Source of the DNA: Trypanosoma brucei
Lineage: Eukaryota
Direction: 5' to 3'
Assembly: GCA_000002445.1 (NCBI GenBank)
Contig: CP000068.1
Span: 1,184,001 to 1,248,000, forward strand
DNA: 64,000 nucleotides
This document shows positions 20,640-31,097 of this stretch, piece after piece (position 1 is the first letter of the stretch; every line of letters starts with the position of its first letter). The notes under the pieces are model-generated. The model was given only the letters and a program-made list of their open reading frames with translations, made no database searches and was not told where the DNA came from. The translations under genes were made by a program, and so were the position numbers.

Positions 20640-22883
20640 TTGACCCCCTTCTGTGGCGTAGGTTTAATTGGGGTCCAACCGTGGGCGATGAGGCGCTGCG
20701 GGAATGATCGTGCGGTGGCACTGCTGAGAGCAACTACGGAGGCCATGCGTCTCGTGAGGCTAAAGTTAAGCCCAGATCGTACACGAAATGAAGAAATACA
20801 AGACAGACAGAATGCATTTGTGTGGTCAGACGAGCACATCTTCCGACCACACCAGCACTTCACTCACGACCCGTGCAGTTGGAGCCGATCATTGGAACAG
20901 AGTATGAAGAAACAGCGAAAATTATCGATGGTGGAACGGCTGCGTTCGTTGGAGCAGCGCCAATTGGAGGAAAAGCAGTCGGCAAGTGCTACTGCCGGTG
21001 GATCGAGTAAATGTGCCAATCATATGGATGGCGAAAAGGCGGAGGGACCTCGGTTTTATGGTGCTGTTGGGGATTCTGAGGACTTAAAAGAATATGTCGC
21101 GAACGAGGACTACTTTTATACAATGCAACAGGAGGAAAAACCAAATGACCCTCCTCTGCAGGAGCTTGTCGATGAAGTGCAAAGTCTCCACGTACTCTTA
21201 TCATCACCGAGATATGAGGACACTCCACTGGCAACGGTAGAGCGCCTACAGTGTGCGTACAGTGAAGCACTTCGATGCGTGTTTGACCGTGTGCGTAACG
21301 CCAGTGTGGGGAAAACGATGAGTTGCAACGCGCTACTTTTTTCTTGGAGTCTGCTGCTTCAAGGGCTGCCTGCGTTGCTAGAGTCACTTGCAGAAAAGCG
21401 AACTGAAGAGTGTCTGGTTAGGGCTTTGAGTACCGTGCACGAAGCCCTCAACATAGTTCTGCAAGAATTCAATCGAATTACACATTCTAAAGAGAGGGTT
21501 GAGTTGCTCCCACTTGAGGGGTGGATTGAGTCTCTCGATGTCGTCACCCATCCGCTCACCAACAAGGATTATACGAGTTTAAAAGGCAATATAAGATTAC
21601 CTGAGTCGTCATTCAAACCCCAGTGCAAACTCGACAGCGCCACGGTGGAGTTTGTCCACTCCCGCGCTATACAAGCGGCTGCAATAAGGATGATAGAAAA
21701 CGACCAGTCAGATGTGGAAACTGAACCACTGGACCCGTACCATCTCTATATTCTTCTACGGTGCATGGTGCGCCTGGCAGAGAAGGGGGTCAATGACTCC
21801 CATATTCATCGTGCTGCGCTGCTCACGGGAATGGTGGGTGAGAGGATTTTTTCTTCTCTTGAACGAACTGTAGCGCCCCCTCGTCGTTACTCGTTGCGCC
21901 ATGCGCTTCTGGGGAAGCAACTGCGCGACGCATCGAAACCCCACGCGATCCCACTTGATGTGTGTGCACCGCCAGGCGGAGTGAAAAAGCCGCCAACGGC
22001 TGCCGACGATGTGCTCCTCCTCACTCGCGCTTGCACGTTACTAATGAATGTTGCGACTAATGTGTTACCCCAAACTAAGTTTAAGGTGTTGGAAACAGTT
22101 GATACGGTGTTGAAGACATTGTCATATGCACCAAACTACGACCTTAGCACCGCTGATACTGTGATTTTTTCGAATATGGTGTTGGAAGAACTTCATCATG
22201 TGGACGAAGCGAGCGCAACAGATCGGCACCTCCGCGTTCTTCTGCTTCTATCGCGACTGCGGTTGTCGATGTGCGCAGACCGTAGTGCTCTGAGTCATTT
22301 GTTAAGTTGCCTATGCAACCTGTTGCCTCCTCACTCTATTCAGCAAGACAAGCTTCGGGAGTGGAAACGACTTCGTGGACTTGTCATGCGGCATTTACTT
22401 TATTCTGTACGGGGCGAGGAGGTCGAGCAACATTACACAAGAGTGCTCAAGTCATCTGAAACATGGGTAGAACATTTAGCGTTCGGGCAGTACAGTGGTG
22501 GCTTACCCCTATCCCTCTGGTTGGAAGCTTGTCACATATATTTAACAGCAGGGAGGAAGTTGACAGTTTCATGCGCTGAAGCTCTCATTACACTGCGTGG
22601 GCGCTGCAAAGATGGTGGTGTGCTTCGCAGTTCCAATTCTGCTGGTGTTTGTCCGCTGGATTTTGTTTCAGTGACCCTTTTAGCGCAACTACTCGAAGTT
22701 GTTTCGCATGGGTGCTGCTCCGCTGATGACCTCGTTGCCTCCCCGGTTGCATGGGATAAGGTGAGACAGACAATCCAAGGGGCAATTGGGGAGGATGAAA
22801 ATACAATACAGCTGTTGCGGGCTGGACGCCTTTGTGTGGCGGACAGGCAAGCTACAGGGAGTTTGGTTACGACGTATCCTTAA
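20640..22883 (+). CDS. Hypothetical protein (747 aa, leucine-rich, likely alpha-helical repeat protein)
   Basis: Long ORF in the polycistron orientation with a T-rich tract 20341..20400 upstream. No catalytic motif recognised. Confidence 0.55.
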   Translation: MTPFCGVGLIGVQPWAMRRCGNDRAVALLRATTEAMRLVRLKLSPDRTRNEEIQDRQNAFVWSDEHIFRPHQHFTHDPCSWSRSLEQSMKKQRKLSMVERLRSLEQRQLEEKQSASATAGGSSKCANHMDGEKAEGPRFYGAVGDSEDLKEYVANEDYFYTMQQEEKPNDPPLQELVDEVQSLHVLLSSPRYEDTPLATVERLQCAYSEALRCVFDRVRNASVGKTMSCNALLFSWSLLLQGLPALLESLAEKRTEECLVRALSTVHEALNIVLQEFNRITHSKERVELLPLEGWIESLDVVTHPLTNKDYTSLKGNIRLPESSFKPQCKLDSATVEFVHSRAIQAAAIRMIENDQSDVETEPLDPYHLYILLRCMVRLAEKGVNDSHIHRAALLTGMVGERIFSSLERTVAPPRRYSLRHALLGKQLRDASKPHAIPLDVCAPPGGVKKPPTAADDVLLLTRACTLLMNVATNVLPQTKFKVLETVDTVLKTLSYAPNYDLSTADTVIFSNMVLEELHHVDEASATDRHLRVLLLLSRLRLSMCADRSALSHLLSCLCNLLPPHSIQQDKLREWKRLRGLVMRHLLYSVRGEEVEQHYTRVLKSSETWVEHLAFGQYSGGLPLSLWLEACHIYLTAGRKLTVSCAEALITLRGRCKDGGVLRSSNSAGVCPLDFVSVTLLAQLLEVVSHGCCSADDLVASPVAWDKVRQTIQGAIGEDENTIQLLRAGRLCVADRQATGSLVTTYP

Positions 22884-23001
22884 ACTATCAGGGGATTGCA
22901 ACTCGCTTTCGAACTCTCCCATCGCACAACCAGTGAATGCCTCCTGACACTACCGTGAAAAAAAATCATGCACATTTTTGTTGAACACGTGATGACAACT
23001 T

Positions 23002-23002
<1 letters not shown>

Positions 23003-23044
<42 letters not shown>
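23003..23044 (+). repeat. (TG)21 microsatellite
   Basis: Uninterrupted tg dinucleotide run. Generates the artefactual ORF MVCVCVCVC (23000..23218). Confidence 0.95.
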
Positions 23045-23046
<2 letters not shown>

Positions 23047-23256
23047 CGTGCATCTTTGCTGTATAAACATTTTGAAATATTTTTTGGTATCGTTGGTTTC
23101 CCCCATTTTTGTTCCTTTTTCGAATTTCTTTATCTCCATATCCACTCAGGGAGTGTGTGCAACGGCATTCTTTTTGATATCTTGTTGCGCACAGCGACGT
23201 TATCGAAAAAATGGGTGAACGAAACTTGGCTATTTTCCTTTAAAAAACGAGTGGGT

Positions 23257-23275
23257 ACACACACACACACACACA
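23257..23275 (+). repeat. (AC)9 microsatellite, reverse-complementary to the (TG)21 run ~215 bp upstream
   Basis: tacacacacacacacacacaaag. Confidence 0.9.
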
Positions 23276-23378
23276 AAGAGAACTCATACATATTTCAAAA
23301 GTGTTAAAACATCGATCAATTAACCTGTTTCCCCTTTCTCGTTCTGGAACTTTACCATAGGGCACTGTTGTTTTCCGT

Positions 23379-25601
23379 ATGGTCGGCAGCGCATCGCGGT
23401 CGTGCGGTACGGACATGGTGAACGATGCGGAAATGTATGGTGGTAGCGAGAACCAACCCCAAAACAGTTCTAATGCGGTAACTGATTCCACGCCTAAGTT
23501 GTCCCGGTGGCCTGATGGTACGACGTTTGAGGGGCCACTTGTTGATGGTGTGCCTGAGGGTCACGGGACCTGCGTGTATAAGTCCGGCTGCGTGTGTGTG
23601 GGAAGTTTTAGTCGCGGTTGCGTCGAGGGGCCGGCGGAGGCGCTACTGCCGTGTGGTGCGTTCTTCGTTGGTAACTTCTGCCGCTCTGCTGCGCACGGTC
23701 ATGGTGTTTTGCTTCAAAATGGGAGATTGGTACGTGGGGAGTGGCGCGACGGGGTGTTGGTTCGCCGAACGTTGGAAAATGTTAATGACGCGCGGGATGT
23801 TCAGTTTTATACGCGTGTCATCGCAAAGCTGTGTCACCGTGTTGAGGAACTCAATGGTACGATCGAACGAGACTCTTCTTCAGTATTTCAGCAAACAAGC
23901 AATAGCGGCCTGTGTATCAGAGAGCCAATTGTGCTTTTGAGGGATGAGCAGCAGCAGGAGAGGGACGCAGTCCAAACAAGGCGATGGGCAAGGGTTGCCA
24001 CTCAGAGCCCTCCCTACATGAGGAATGAGCCCCATGGTGCAGGGATGCCACCCCTCGCGCGGGAGCCGGACATCTCGCCTCGCTTCGATCGCGGTAGTTT
24101 TTCGTCTTTAAACACACATAGACGGCAACCGACAGCTTTAGACTTAAATCAACTGACGTCCTTCGCGAGATCTGTGCTCGCTTCTGGGGCTTCGCAACAG
24201 GCAATATTCGCATCGGCGGCGCCTGCAGCAAATGAGTTCTTTTCGCCAACTAGATACTTGCAGTGCTTCTTCATAATGCTTTTTCCATTTATATCACTGC
24301 CCCAGTTCTCCTTCTCGCCCATCCGCCGCGTCATGTTGAAGATGGAGAGGGAATTTGTTGTGAGTGGTGCGTTTCTCTTCCGGTCGTTTAACGTACCCAT
24401 TTACACCCTTACCTTCAGCACAATAGCTACCTGCTGCCTCATCGCCACAGTTGTAATAGTTTCCCTAAAAGTGGAGCTTGGACCGGTGACTGAGGGGAAG
24501 GTTACTCTGGAGGAGTTGTTTATTCCGTGCATTCTTTGGGTGGCTCAGTCAGCTCTTTACGCCGCCTATAATAGTTACGTGCGTGTGGCTCATGCGTTAG
24601 AAAGGTTGGACCGCCGTTTGACCCCTCAGTTGTACGCGTGTGCCGCGGGGATTGTAAATACGAAAGCGAAGGTGTGCATTTTTACGTGGGATGATGAAGG
24701 ACGTCGTGTAGTGACCAACGTACACTATCGGTACCGATGGTTAGGAGAATCTCTGTTCGTTGGTATTCTGTTTAGCTTAGCTGGGCCCCTAACTCGGGTA
24801 AGTTACAAACAACCTATGTTTGGATATACAAAGTACGAAGTGTCTGCGCTGGTTCTTATTTCAGCATCTGTCTTGGTGTTTGCAGCTATGGTAACGTTCA
24901 ACGCCCTCAAGTTGACTGACATGCAACGTCAGATCAAGGAACAGATGCGTGCGTTAACACACTTAGCGTACGTTGAAGGGAAGAGTGTGATGCACCCCAG
25001 TGAGCATCTGCTGCAACGATTTAACCTTGATGAACCCTTCAATGTAAGCGATATTTTCAATGGGGTTTCCGGTTGGTATGTGATACGATCCGTTGTCGTG
25101 TACGCGGCATCGTGCTCAAACCATGCGGCACGTGGCCTTGCCATGAGCGTGTTCTTTATGCTTGTAAACTCATGCTTTCTAGTGACCGCGTTGGATATGA
25201 TTTGCATGCTTTCCTTCCATTACAATGATCTGGGGAAGCGTTTTTCATGCATGCATGCGTATGGAGTGGTGACGTGCTCAGTATGGGGTATACTGCTCCT
25301 CCGCTACCTCTACAAGTGCGTCGAGACAGTTTGTGAGAGCGAGAGGCATCTTTACCTTCTTGATGTTGCCTCCCTATATCATCGTACGAGGTACAACAAT
25401 GCCGAGGGATGTGCTGATATAATCACAACCTGCCGAAAAATGGTGAAGGCATATGAGCAACTGCCTTGCGTTTTCTTGTTCCCCATTACACCGTTCATCA
25501 TCACGATTGTGGTCATTCTCTACATAGTAGCGTTGTTAATTGCTACGATACATGTGTACTTCGCGGCTGTAGCGCGATTTGCGGATACGGGAGGGAGATG
25601 A
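23379..25601 (+). CDS. MORN-repeat N-terminal domain fused to a polytopic (multi-TM) membrane domain
   Basis: N-terminal repeats of the MORN type (WPDGTTFEGPLVDGVPEGHGTCVYKSGCVCVGSF...GHGVLLQNGRLVRGEWRDG). The C-terminal half contains at least 6 hydrophobic helices (e.g. FIMLFPFISLPQF, TIATCCLIATVVIVSL, ALVLISASVLVFAAMVTF, TPFIITIVVILYIVALLIATIHVYF). Confidence 0.6.
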   Translation: MVGSASRSCGTDMVNDAEMYGGSENQPQNSSNAVTDSTPKLSRWPDGTTFEGPLVDGVPEGHGTCVYKSGCVCVGSFSRGCVEGPAEALLPCGAFFVGNFCRSAAHGHGVLLQNGRLVRGEWRDGVLVRRTLENVNDARDVQFYTRVIAKLCHRVEELNGTIERDSSSVFQQTSNSGLCIREPIVLLRDEQQQERDAVQTRRWARVATQSPPYMRNEPHGAGMPPLAREPDISPRFDRGSFSSLNTHRRQPTALDLNQLTSFARSVLASGASQQAIFASAAPAANEFFSPTRYLQCFFIMLFPFISLPQFSFSPIRRVMLKMEREFVVSGAFLFRSFNVPIYTLTFSTIATCCLIATVVIVSLKVELGPVTEGKVTLEELFIPCILWVAQSALYAAYNSYVRVAHALERLDRRLTPQLYACAAGIVNTKAKVCIFTWDDEGRRVVTNVHYRYRWLGESLFVGILFSLAGPLTRVSYKQPMFGYTKYEVSALVLISASVLVFAAMVTFNALKLTDMQRQIKEQMRALTHLAYVEGKSVMHPSEHLLQRFNLDEPFNVSDIFNGVSGWYVIRSVVVYAASCSNHAARGLAMSVFFMLVNSCFLVTALDMICMLSFHYNDLGKRFSCMHAYGVVTCSVWGILLLRYLYKCVETVCESERHLYLLDVASLYHRTRYNNAEGCADIITTCRKMVKAYEQLPCVFLFPITPFIITIVVILYIVALLIATIHVYFAAVARFADTGGR

Positions 25602-26176
25602 GAGTTCACTCCACCTGCATCTTCCGTCTCTTCTCACCGGGTGTTGACGAAAAGAACTGGAGGTAGATGGAGGGATACATGAGGATTTTTTCGAAATGTT
25701 TCAATTATCCTCACGGCACTGGGTTGCAATGTGTAGTGTACAGGTGATTATATGCGAACTCACGCATTCGTGAGGAAAGTTTTAGATGACAAACCAGCAC
25801 CTTGGCGAATGTACGCGTTAAACTACTTCGACTCGTGGCGTTCTTGCCTTTTCATCTCCCCCTGTTGCTCAAACGTGATTTGAAAACTATTAACTTTATA
25901 TTACAGTGCCTCGCTACAAATCTTGTTCCCTTTGTCGCCGGTTCAACACGGTGTGGCACACGAAGAAGAAATGACTTGTGTTTCGTTCACGGATGCGGCT
26001 GCAACATCTTTGCTGCTGTGCGTGGCTGCTGCGATTGTAATTGTACGGTCTCGTTCCTCTTTGGTTTTCCCATTGTTTAAATTATGTGTCACGTATGTTA
26101 ATAAGCCGGAAAGACACAAATACAAACGAGCAGAAACGCGCACTAGCTGTTCCTTCGATTTGCTGAGTCCCAAACG

Positions 26177-27091
26177 ATGATGACTGGGGGAGTCGTGGAA
26201 ACTCTATGCGTAACGGGTCGTACCTTCTCACCTCAGGTGGCGGCGACTCTCTGGACGCACGGCATGGCACGGCGGCACTCGTCAAATGTGTGGGTGCCGG
26301 CGGAAATTATTGACCGACTTGGTTTGAAATTGTCAGGGACGAACCCTCCGGCTCCGGTCGGTGTCGATGCCGCGAATGGCCGGCGATTTTTTTACAATGC
26401 ATCGCAGTTGGAGTGCTCACAGGAGGAGTTGGTAGCGATGACTAAAAGTTTGCTGGAGGCCCGGCGTGGCATTGCGGAGGCCATTAATGGAGATACGCAT
26501 CCGCTTAACACAAATGGTGAACCCTTCCCACTGGAGTTCGCTCAGCAGGCACGACTGCGAACGAAAACATATGAGACAGCAGTGCAAAGTCGTTTTTGGG
26601 CGACAGAGTATGAGGCGGCTTACATCTTTCGTAGCCCGTTCAAACCATCGTTCTTAACGCCCGAGAACGCAGTCACGGTTCGTGGTGGTGCGGTGTACCC
26701 CCGGCTTTGTTACTATAACGTTTGTGGCACACGTGATCCTAGCATCTTCAGTCATGAAACTTGTCGACGCTACCGCCCAGTTAATTACTATGGTCAACCG
26801 TATCCTGCAGCAACTTCCGTACAGATGAAAGCACTCTCCATTCAATATGGTTGCATGAATGACACACTGTGGGTATCGACCAGGCGTGCAGAGCGCGTAG
26901 GCGTTAAACTTCGCAGCGGTGTGAAACCATTGCTGTTTTGTGTAGAGGATATGACTTCCCTCGTAAATGTTGCGATGACGGAGGATCCGGATCGTTTGAA
27001 GAGGGACATCCTTTCATTCACACAGCACGGCGCAGTGAGTGGGGTTGCGTCGGCATTCACTCCAAAGAGTTTCTCACTACTCGCCTCGTAG
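26177..27091 (+). CDS. Hypothetical protein (304 aa)
   Basis: ORF in the polycistron orientation. No motif recognised. Confidence 0.5.
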   Translation: MMTGGVVETLCVTGRTFSPQVAATLWTHGMARRHSSNVWVPAEIIDRLGLKLSGTNPPAPVGVDAANGRRFFYNASQLECSQEELVAMTKSLLEARRGIAEAINGDTHPLNTNGEPFPLEFAQQARLRTKTYETAVQSRFWATEYEAAYIFRSPFKPSFLTPENAVTVRGGAVYPRLCYYNVCGTRDPSIFSHETCRRYRPVNYYGQPYPAATSVQMKALSIQYGCMNDTLWVSTRRAERVGVKLRSGVKPLLFCVEDMTSLVNVAMTEDPDRLKRDILSFTQHGAVSGVASAFTPKSFSLLAS

Positions 27092-27640
27092 GAGAAACCA
27101 AGTGCTTCAATCACCCCTTTAAGTATTGAAATTTTTAACATATCGCCTTTTGTGCTTATTTTATCGACTTTTTTGTTTTTTTTTTGGGGGGGGGTGCAGA
27201 AATATTCAGTTGGTTACTTCGTTTTTTGTCATAACGTACCAGAGTGTCTGGGACTGCTTTTGCTCGTCTTTTTTTTTTGCTACCTTACTCGTTCAGTGGC
27301 ACATGGCTCTACTTCATAGTTGTTCAAGTACGTTCTCATGAGTTTCACATATAATAGCCCTTTCCCCACCGTTGGTGGTGTTCTTTATAATGTGTGTATT
27401 CGTGTGTGTCACCATAAAATGTGCTCCATTGTCACCACTTTTTTAAAAAAACAAAGAAATAATTAATGTTTCCCCTCCTCTTCTTTGATTTCATTTTTTT
27501 TCTTTTTCTTTATTCGCTGCTTCACGCCATTTTCACTGCCACACCATTATTTTAGTGCCGGAGCGGAGGTACTGACACGTCCTGCAAGCAAAAGTGTTTT
27601 TTGAACACATTGCATTTACAGTAACGAAACCGGTACCAAA

Positions 27641-27931
27641 ATGCAAAGCAGTTGTATGCGCCGTTGCTTGAGTGCGCTGCAGCTTTACGTACTGGAGCAG
27701 AGAAAGACGGTCATGTCATATAAATATGTTGAAGACGCTGTAGGTGTTAAGGCTGCATTTAACCGTCTGAGCGCTGAGGATGTTGCGTTACTGGAGAATA
27801 AAGCGGAGGCTCTCCGCCATGACATTGCACTTCAATCTATTCTGTACAGCAATACACCACCCACAGAGGACGAGATGAATTATATCGAGAATGAAAACGA
27901 TGAAGATTCTGATGAAGTTGTGACATTTTGA
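27641..27931 (+). CDS. Small acidic hypothetical protein (96 aa from the first ATG; 72 aa if initiated at MSYKYVEDA)
   Basis: Only ORF in the 1.37 kb gap between flanking genes. Acidic C-terminus ENENDEDSDEVVTF. No family recognised. Confidence 0.3.
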   Translation: MQSSCMRRCLSALQLYVLEQRKTVMSYKYVEDAVGVKAAFNRLSAEDVALLENKAEALRHDIALQSILYSNTPPTEDEMNYIENENDEDSDEVVTF

Positions 27932-28459
27932 TACCCCACGGAAATCGAGATTATGGCAACAATGGTGCAGGAAGAACACCGATGCGTATTGGCTTCAGCG
28001 CAACAGAATATGTTGTGTGGGTGGGGAAGGAGGGAAGGGAGGGGGGGGGGTCAACCCATTTTAAAAAATATATATGCGGTTTGGTGGTGAAGGCTCGTTG
28101 ATAGCACGGTGAGTATTTATACTTCGCTAGTAATTTCTTACCGTGTGTTGCCGGTGGTGCCACTGCCATCAGTTTGTACAATTAAATGTTCTTTACCAGG
28201 GACCCCGCCACTCTGTCGAGCGCCCCATTGCCCTCGTATTTTTTTTTTTGTAAGCTTTAGATTCATTATTCTCCCCTCGCATACTCCGCTATTCATTTTT
28301 TATTGACTTTGTTTCTTACGGTAAGGAGAAGTCGGTTTTCATCGAAGGCGTCTCCGCACATCTCAGGGTAAAGAGACGCACTACAGAAGGGGGAAAATAA
28401 TAATAAAGGAAAGCGGAACAATTTTTTGGGGGGGGCTGTAGTTTCAAATATTTTTTTCC

Positions 28460-30694
28460 ATGGGCAAGGGTCGCGACAAGCGAAAGAAGCACGAGGATCC
28501 CTCAAAGGCTGCACGACGAGCATGCAAACAAGCACTTAAGTTGGCAAAAGGACGAGGGGTCCGTACCAATGATGCGGGTGGCGATGGTGAAGGAGGCTTC
28601 AACAATGAGGAAGCCCCAGAGGTGACGCTGAACCGCATCCGAAAAGTTGAGAGTAAAACCCGCACAACACTTGAGCAAGAAAATGTGCCACCACCAACAC
28701 CACGCGCTAACGTTGTTTTTGCGCCGCATCCAGCTCGAGATCAGGAGCTACTTATATTTGGAGGGGAGTATTGGGACGGCGTGAGCACGGTGGTGTATAA
28801 TGACTTGTATTTTTATCATACGAAGCGGAATACGTGGGCCAAGTTAGTAACGGCCGTAAATCCACCACCGCGTAGCAGCAGCCAAGGATTAGTGTACAAA
28901 CACTACTTTCTTATTTGTGGTGGTGAGTTTGTGTCGCAGTCGCAGTCACAGTTCCTTCACTTCAAGGATGTGTGGCGCTTCGATGCCCGGAAGTACGAGT
29001 GGGAGGAACTAAAAACTTTGAGGGGTGGCCCATCATCTCGAAGTGGCCATCGGATGTGCATGTGGCGCCGTAACGCCGTACTCTTTGGGGGGTTCTACGA
29101 TAACGCACAGGAGTGTCACTATTATAATGATTTGTGGGTGCTTTCACATCTTGACGGCGCAGGGAAATGGACGGCAGTCAAGACGGCTCCACATGGCGAA
29201 TCCCCTCACGCACGCAGTGGTCACTGCATGGCTGTGCATGACGACACTTTATTTGTGTATGGTGGATATTCCACAGAAAAGTTTAACCGCTTCAAGAAGT
29301 CGGAGGCAACGGTACACCACGACCTTTGGACGATTAAGCTGCCGAAAGATATGTTTGACGGTGGTAACAGCAAACCAGCTGACCAGGACGGTGAGAATTT
29401 TGTTTTTTGGACAAAAGTGAGGCTTGGAGGCATTCCACCACCAATCTGCTGCGGTGTTAGCTGTGCCTTCAAGGACAAAAAGATGTATCTTTTTGGAGGC
29501 GTGGTGGATGTGGAGTCGCCTGGAGGGAAGATGATTTCGAGTTTCAACAACGATTTATTCATCTTTCATATGGATACTAATCGGTTCTATCCTGTTGTGT
29601 TGCGTGCAAAGCAAGGAGGGTTGGTAGGAGGCACCGGAAAAGTATCCGGCGGACAGGGCATGAGTCTTGAAGAGGAACTAAAGGCCTTGCAGCTGCAGCA
29701 TCTTGCGAGTGAGGGCTCTACCGCTGGGGCTGGTGGTGACGGCGACGGCGAATCTAGTAGCGAAGATGACAACGATGATGATGATGATGATGCAGAAAAT
29801 GGAACCGGACACGACACAGTTGATGCCCGCAAACTTAAGGAGAGTTTTGAAGTGAACAAACGAGGCCAAGTTTATCCCCATCGACGCATGGATGCTGCCA
29901 TGCTCGTTGTGGGCAATACATTGTACATCTTCGGTGGTCAGTTTGAATGTGGTGCACGTGAAGTTACCATGTGTGATTTGTTCTCCCTCAACCTCAATAC
30001 ATGTGACACGTTCCGTGTGTTGCTTTCACAGGACCTTTCGAGCGCTGTTTGGCTTGGGAAGGATGATGAGGCAAGTGACGCCGGCTCCTGGGAGAGTGGT
30101 AGTACTGCCGTTACCGCGGTTTTTGACCTTGACTACGGTTACGAAGAGGATGAAGACGAAGGCGAAGGCGAAAGCGGTACGTTGGACGACCGTCAAGTGG
30201 TGAATCAGGTTGATGATGGTGATGAGGCACCTGAAGCTATCCCTGCTGAGCTTGACACTAATGCGACACCAGCACTTGATGAAGTAGATGGTATCACGAT
30301 AGTGAAGGGGAAGAAGGGACTTAAAGTTCACAAGGAACAACTCGTGGCTCAGCTGAGTGCGAGCTGTGGCGTGCCCACACCGCTGATGAATGAAAGTGCG
30401 GCTGAGTTCCTCACACGTACATCCGCATTTTGGACGACAATGGCGGAGGAGTCGTTTAAGGACGCGGGGAACACGAAGCCTCAGTCCGAGCGGAGAATAC
30501 AAAAGGAAGCCGGGAGGTTCGCCAATCGACGTTACCGTGAGGCGAAGAAACTTCTTGAGCAACTTCGTCTCGTCGAAGAGCGTGAGGAGGAGGAAGCACG
30601 CTTCTTTCGAGAATTGCGCCGACAGAAAGAAAAGGAATGGGAGGAATACGAACAGCAGTTGGCTGAAAAAGGTGAAGGAGATGAAAATAGTTGA
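28460..30694 (+). CDS. Kelch-domain protein, KLHDC4-like (kelch beta-propeller plus acidic and coiled-coil C-terminal region)
   Basis: N-terminal MGKGRDKRKK. Kelch blades with GG/Y/W signatures: LLIFGGEYWDGVSTVVYNDLYFYHTKRNTWAKL, RSGHRMCMWRRNAVLFGGF, HARSGHCMAVHDDTLFVYGGY, PPPICCGVSCAFKDKKMYLFGG. Collinear with human KLHDC4 as recalled from memory. Acidic insert DDNDDDDDDAENG. Confidence 0.75.
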   Translation: MGKGRDKRKKHEDPSKAARRACKQALKLAKGRGVRTNDAGGDGEGGFNNEEAPEVTLNRIRKVESKTRTTLEQENVPPPTPRANVVFAPHPARDQELLIFGGEYWDGVSTVVYNDLYFYHTKRNTWAKLVTAVNPPPRSSSQGLVYKHYFLICGGEFVSQSQSQFLHFKDVWRFDARKYEWEELKTLRGGPSSRSGHRMCMWRRNAVLFGGFYDNAQECHYYNDLWVLSHLDGAGKWTAVKTAPHGESPHARSGHCMAVHDDTLFVYGGYSTEKFNRFKKSEATVHHDLWTIKLPKDMFDGGNSKPADQDGENFVFWTKVRLGGIPPPICCGVSCAFKDKKMYLFGGVVDVESPGGKMISSFNNDLFIFHMDTNRFYPVVLRAKQGGLVGGTGKVSGGQGMSLEEELKALQLQHLASEGSTAGAGGDGDGESSSEDDNDDDDDDAENGTGHDTVDARKLKESFEVNKRGQVYPHRRMDAAMLVVGNTLYIFGGQFECGAREVTMCDLFSLNLNTCDTFRVLLSQDLSSAVWLGKDDEASDAGSWESGSTAVTAVFDLDYGYEEDEDEGEGESGTLDDRQVVNQVDDGDEAPEAIPAELDTNATPALDEVDGITIVKGKKGLKVHKEQLVAQLSASCGVPTPLMNESAAEFLTRTSAFWTTMAEESFKDAGNTKPQSERRIQKEAGRFANRRYREAKKLLEQLRLVEEREEEEARFFRELRRQKEKEWEEYEQQLAEKGEGDENS

Positions 30695-31097
30695 CGTTTC
30701 AACCACGATTGAGGAGAATAACGTTCTGTATGTGGGATTGGGGTTGTGTTACCATGCAACGGAGCTGTCTGGGGTCTCGGACATCAACTTAACGAGTGCT
30801 GCGTGACCTTTGCTCACGCATGAATAGGGAGTGTAGGGACCCGTTCTTTCTTCTAAGGGAGTTGAAGAGAACAAAATTAAGCGGTGGAAAGGGGCAATTT
30901 TCCTGGTTGCATTGTAATATTGGCATGCGCGTTTTGTGCCTTCACCATTGTGGAGAAGAGTGCTCTAACAATTGCTTTCCTGTGAAGTCGTATACATTTG
31001 GTGGATGATGCGATGAAGTCCATGTGATTACTCCCTTGTTTTCATTTTTATATCCCCGTTTGAAGTTATGAAATAGGTCCGGCGTGTTGGTACAATA

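Noticed and set aside
23000-23218. ORF beginning MVCVCVCVCVC
   Set aside because: Artefact of translating the (TG)21 microsatellite.
30026-30706. 226-aa - strand ORF antisense to the kelch gene 3' half
   Set aside because: Overlaps the strongly supported KLHDC4-like CDS. Antisense ORFs of this size are expected by chance in GC-balanced coding DNA.
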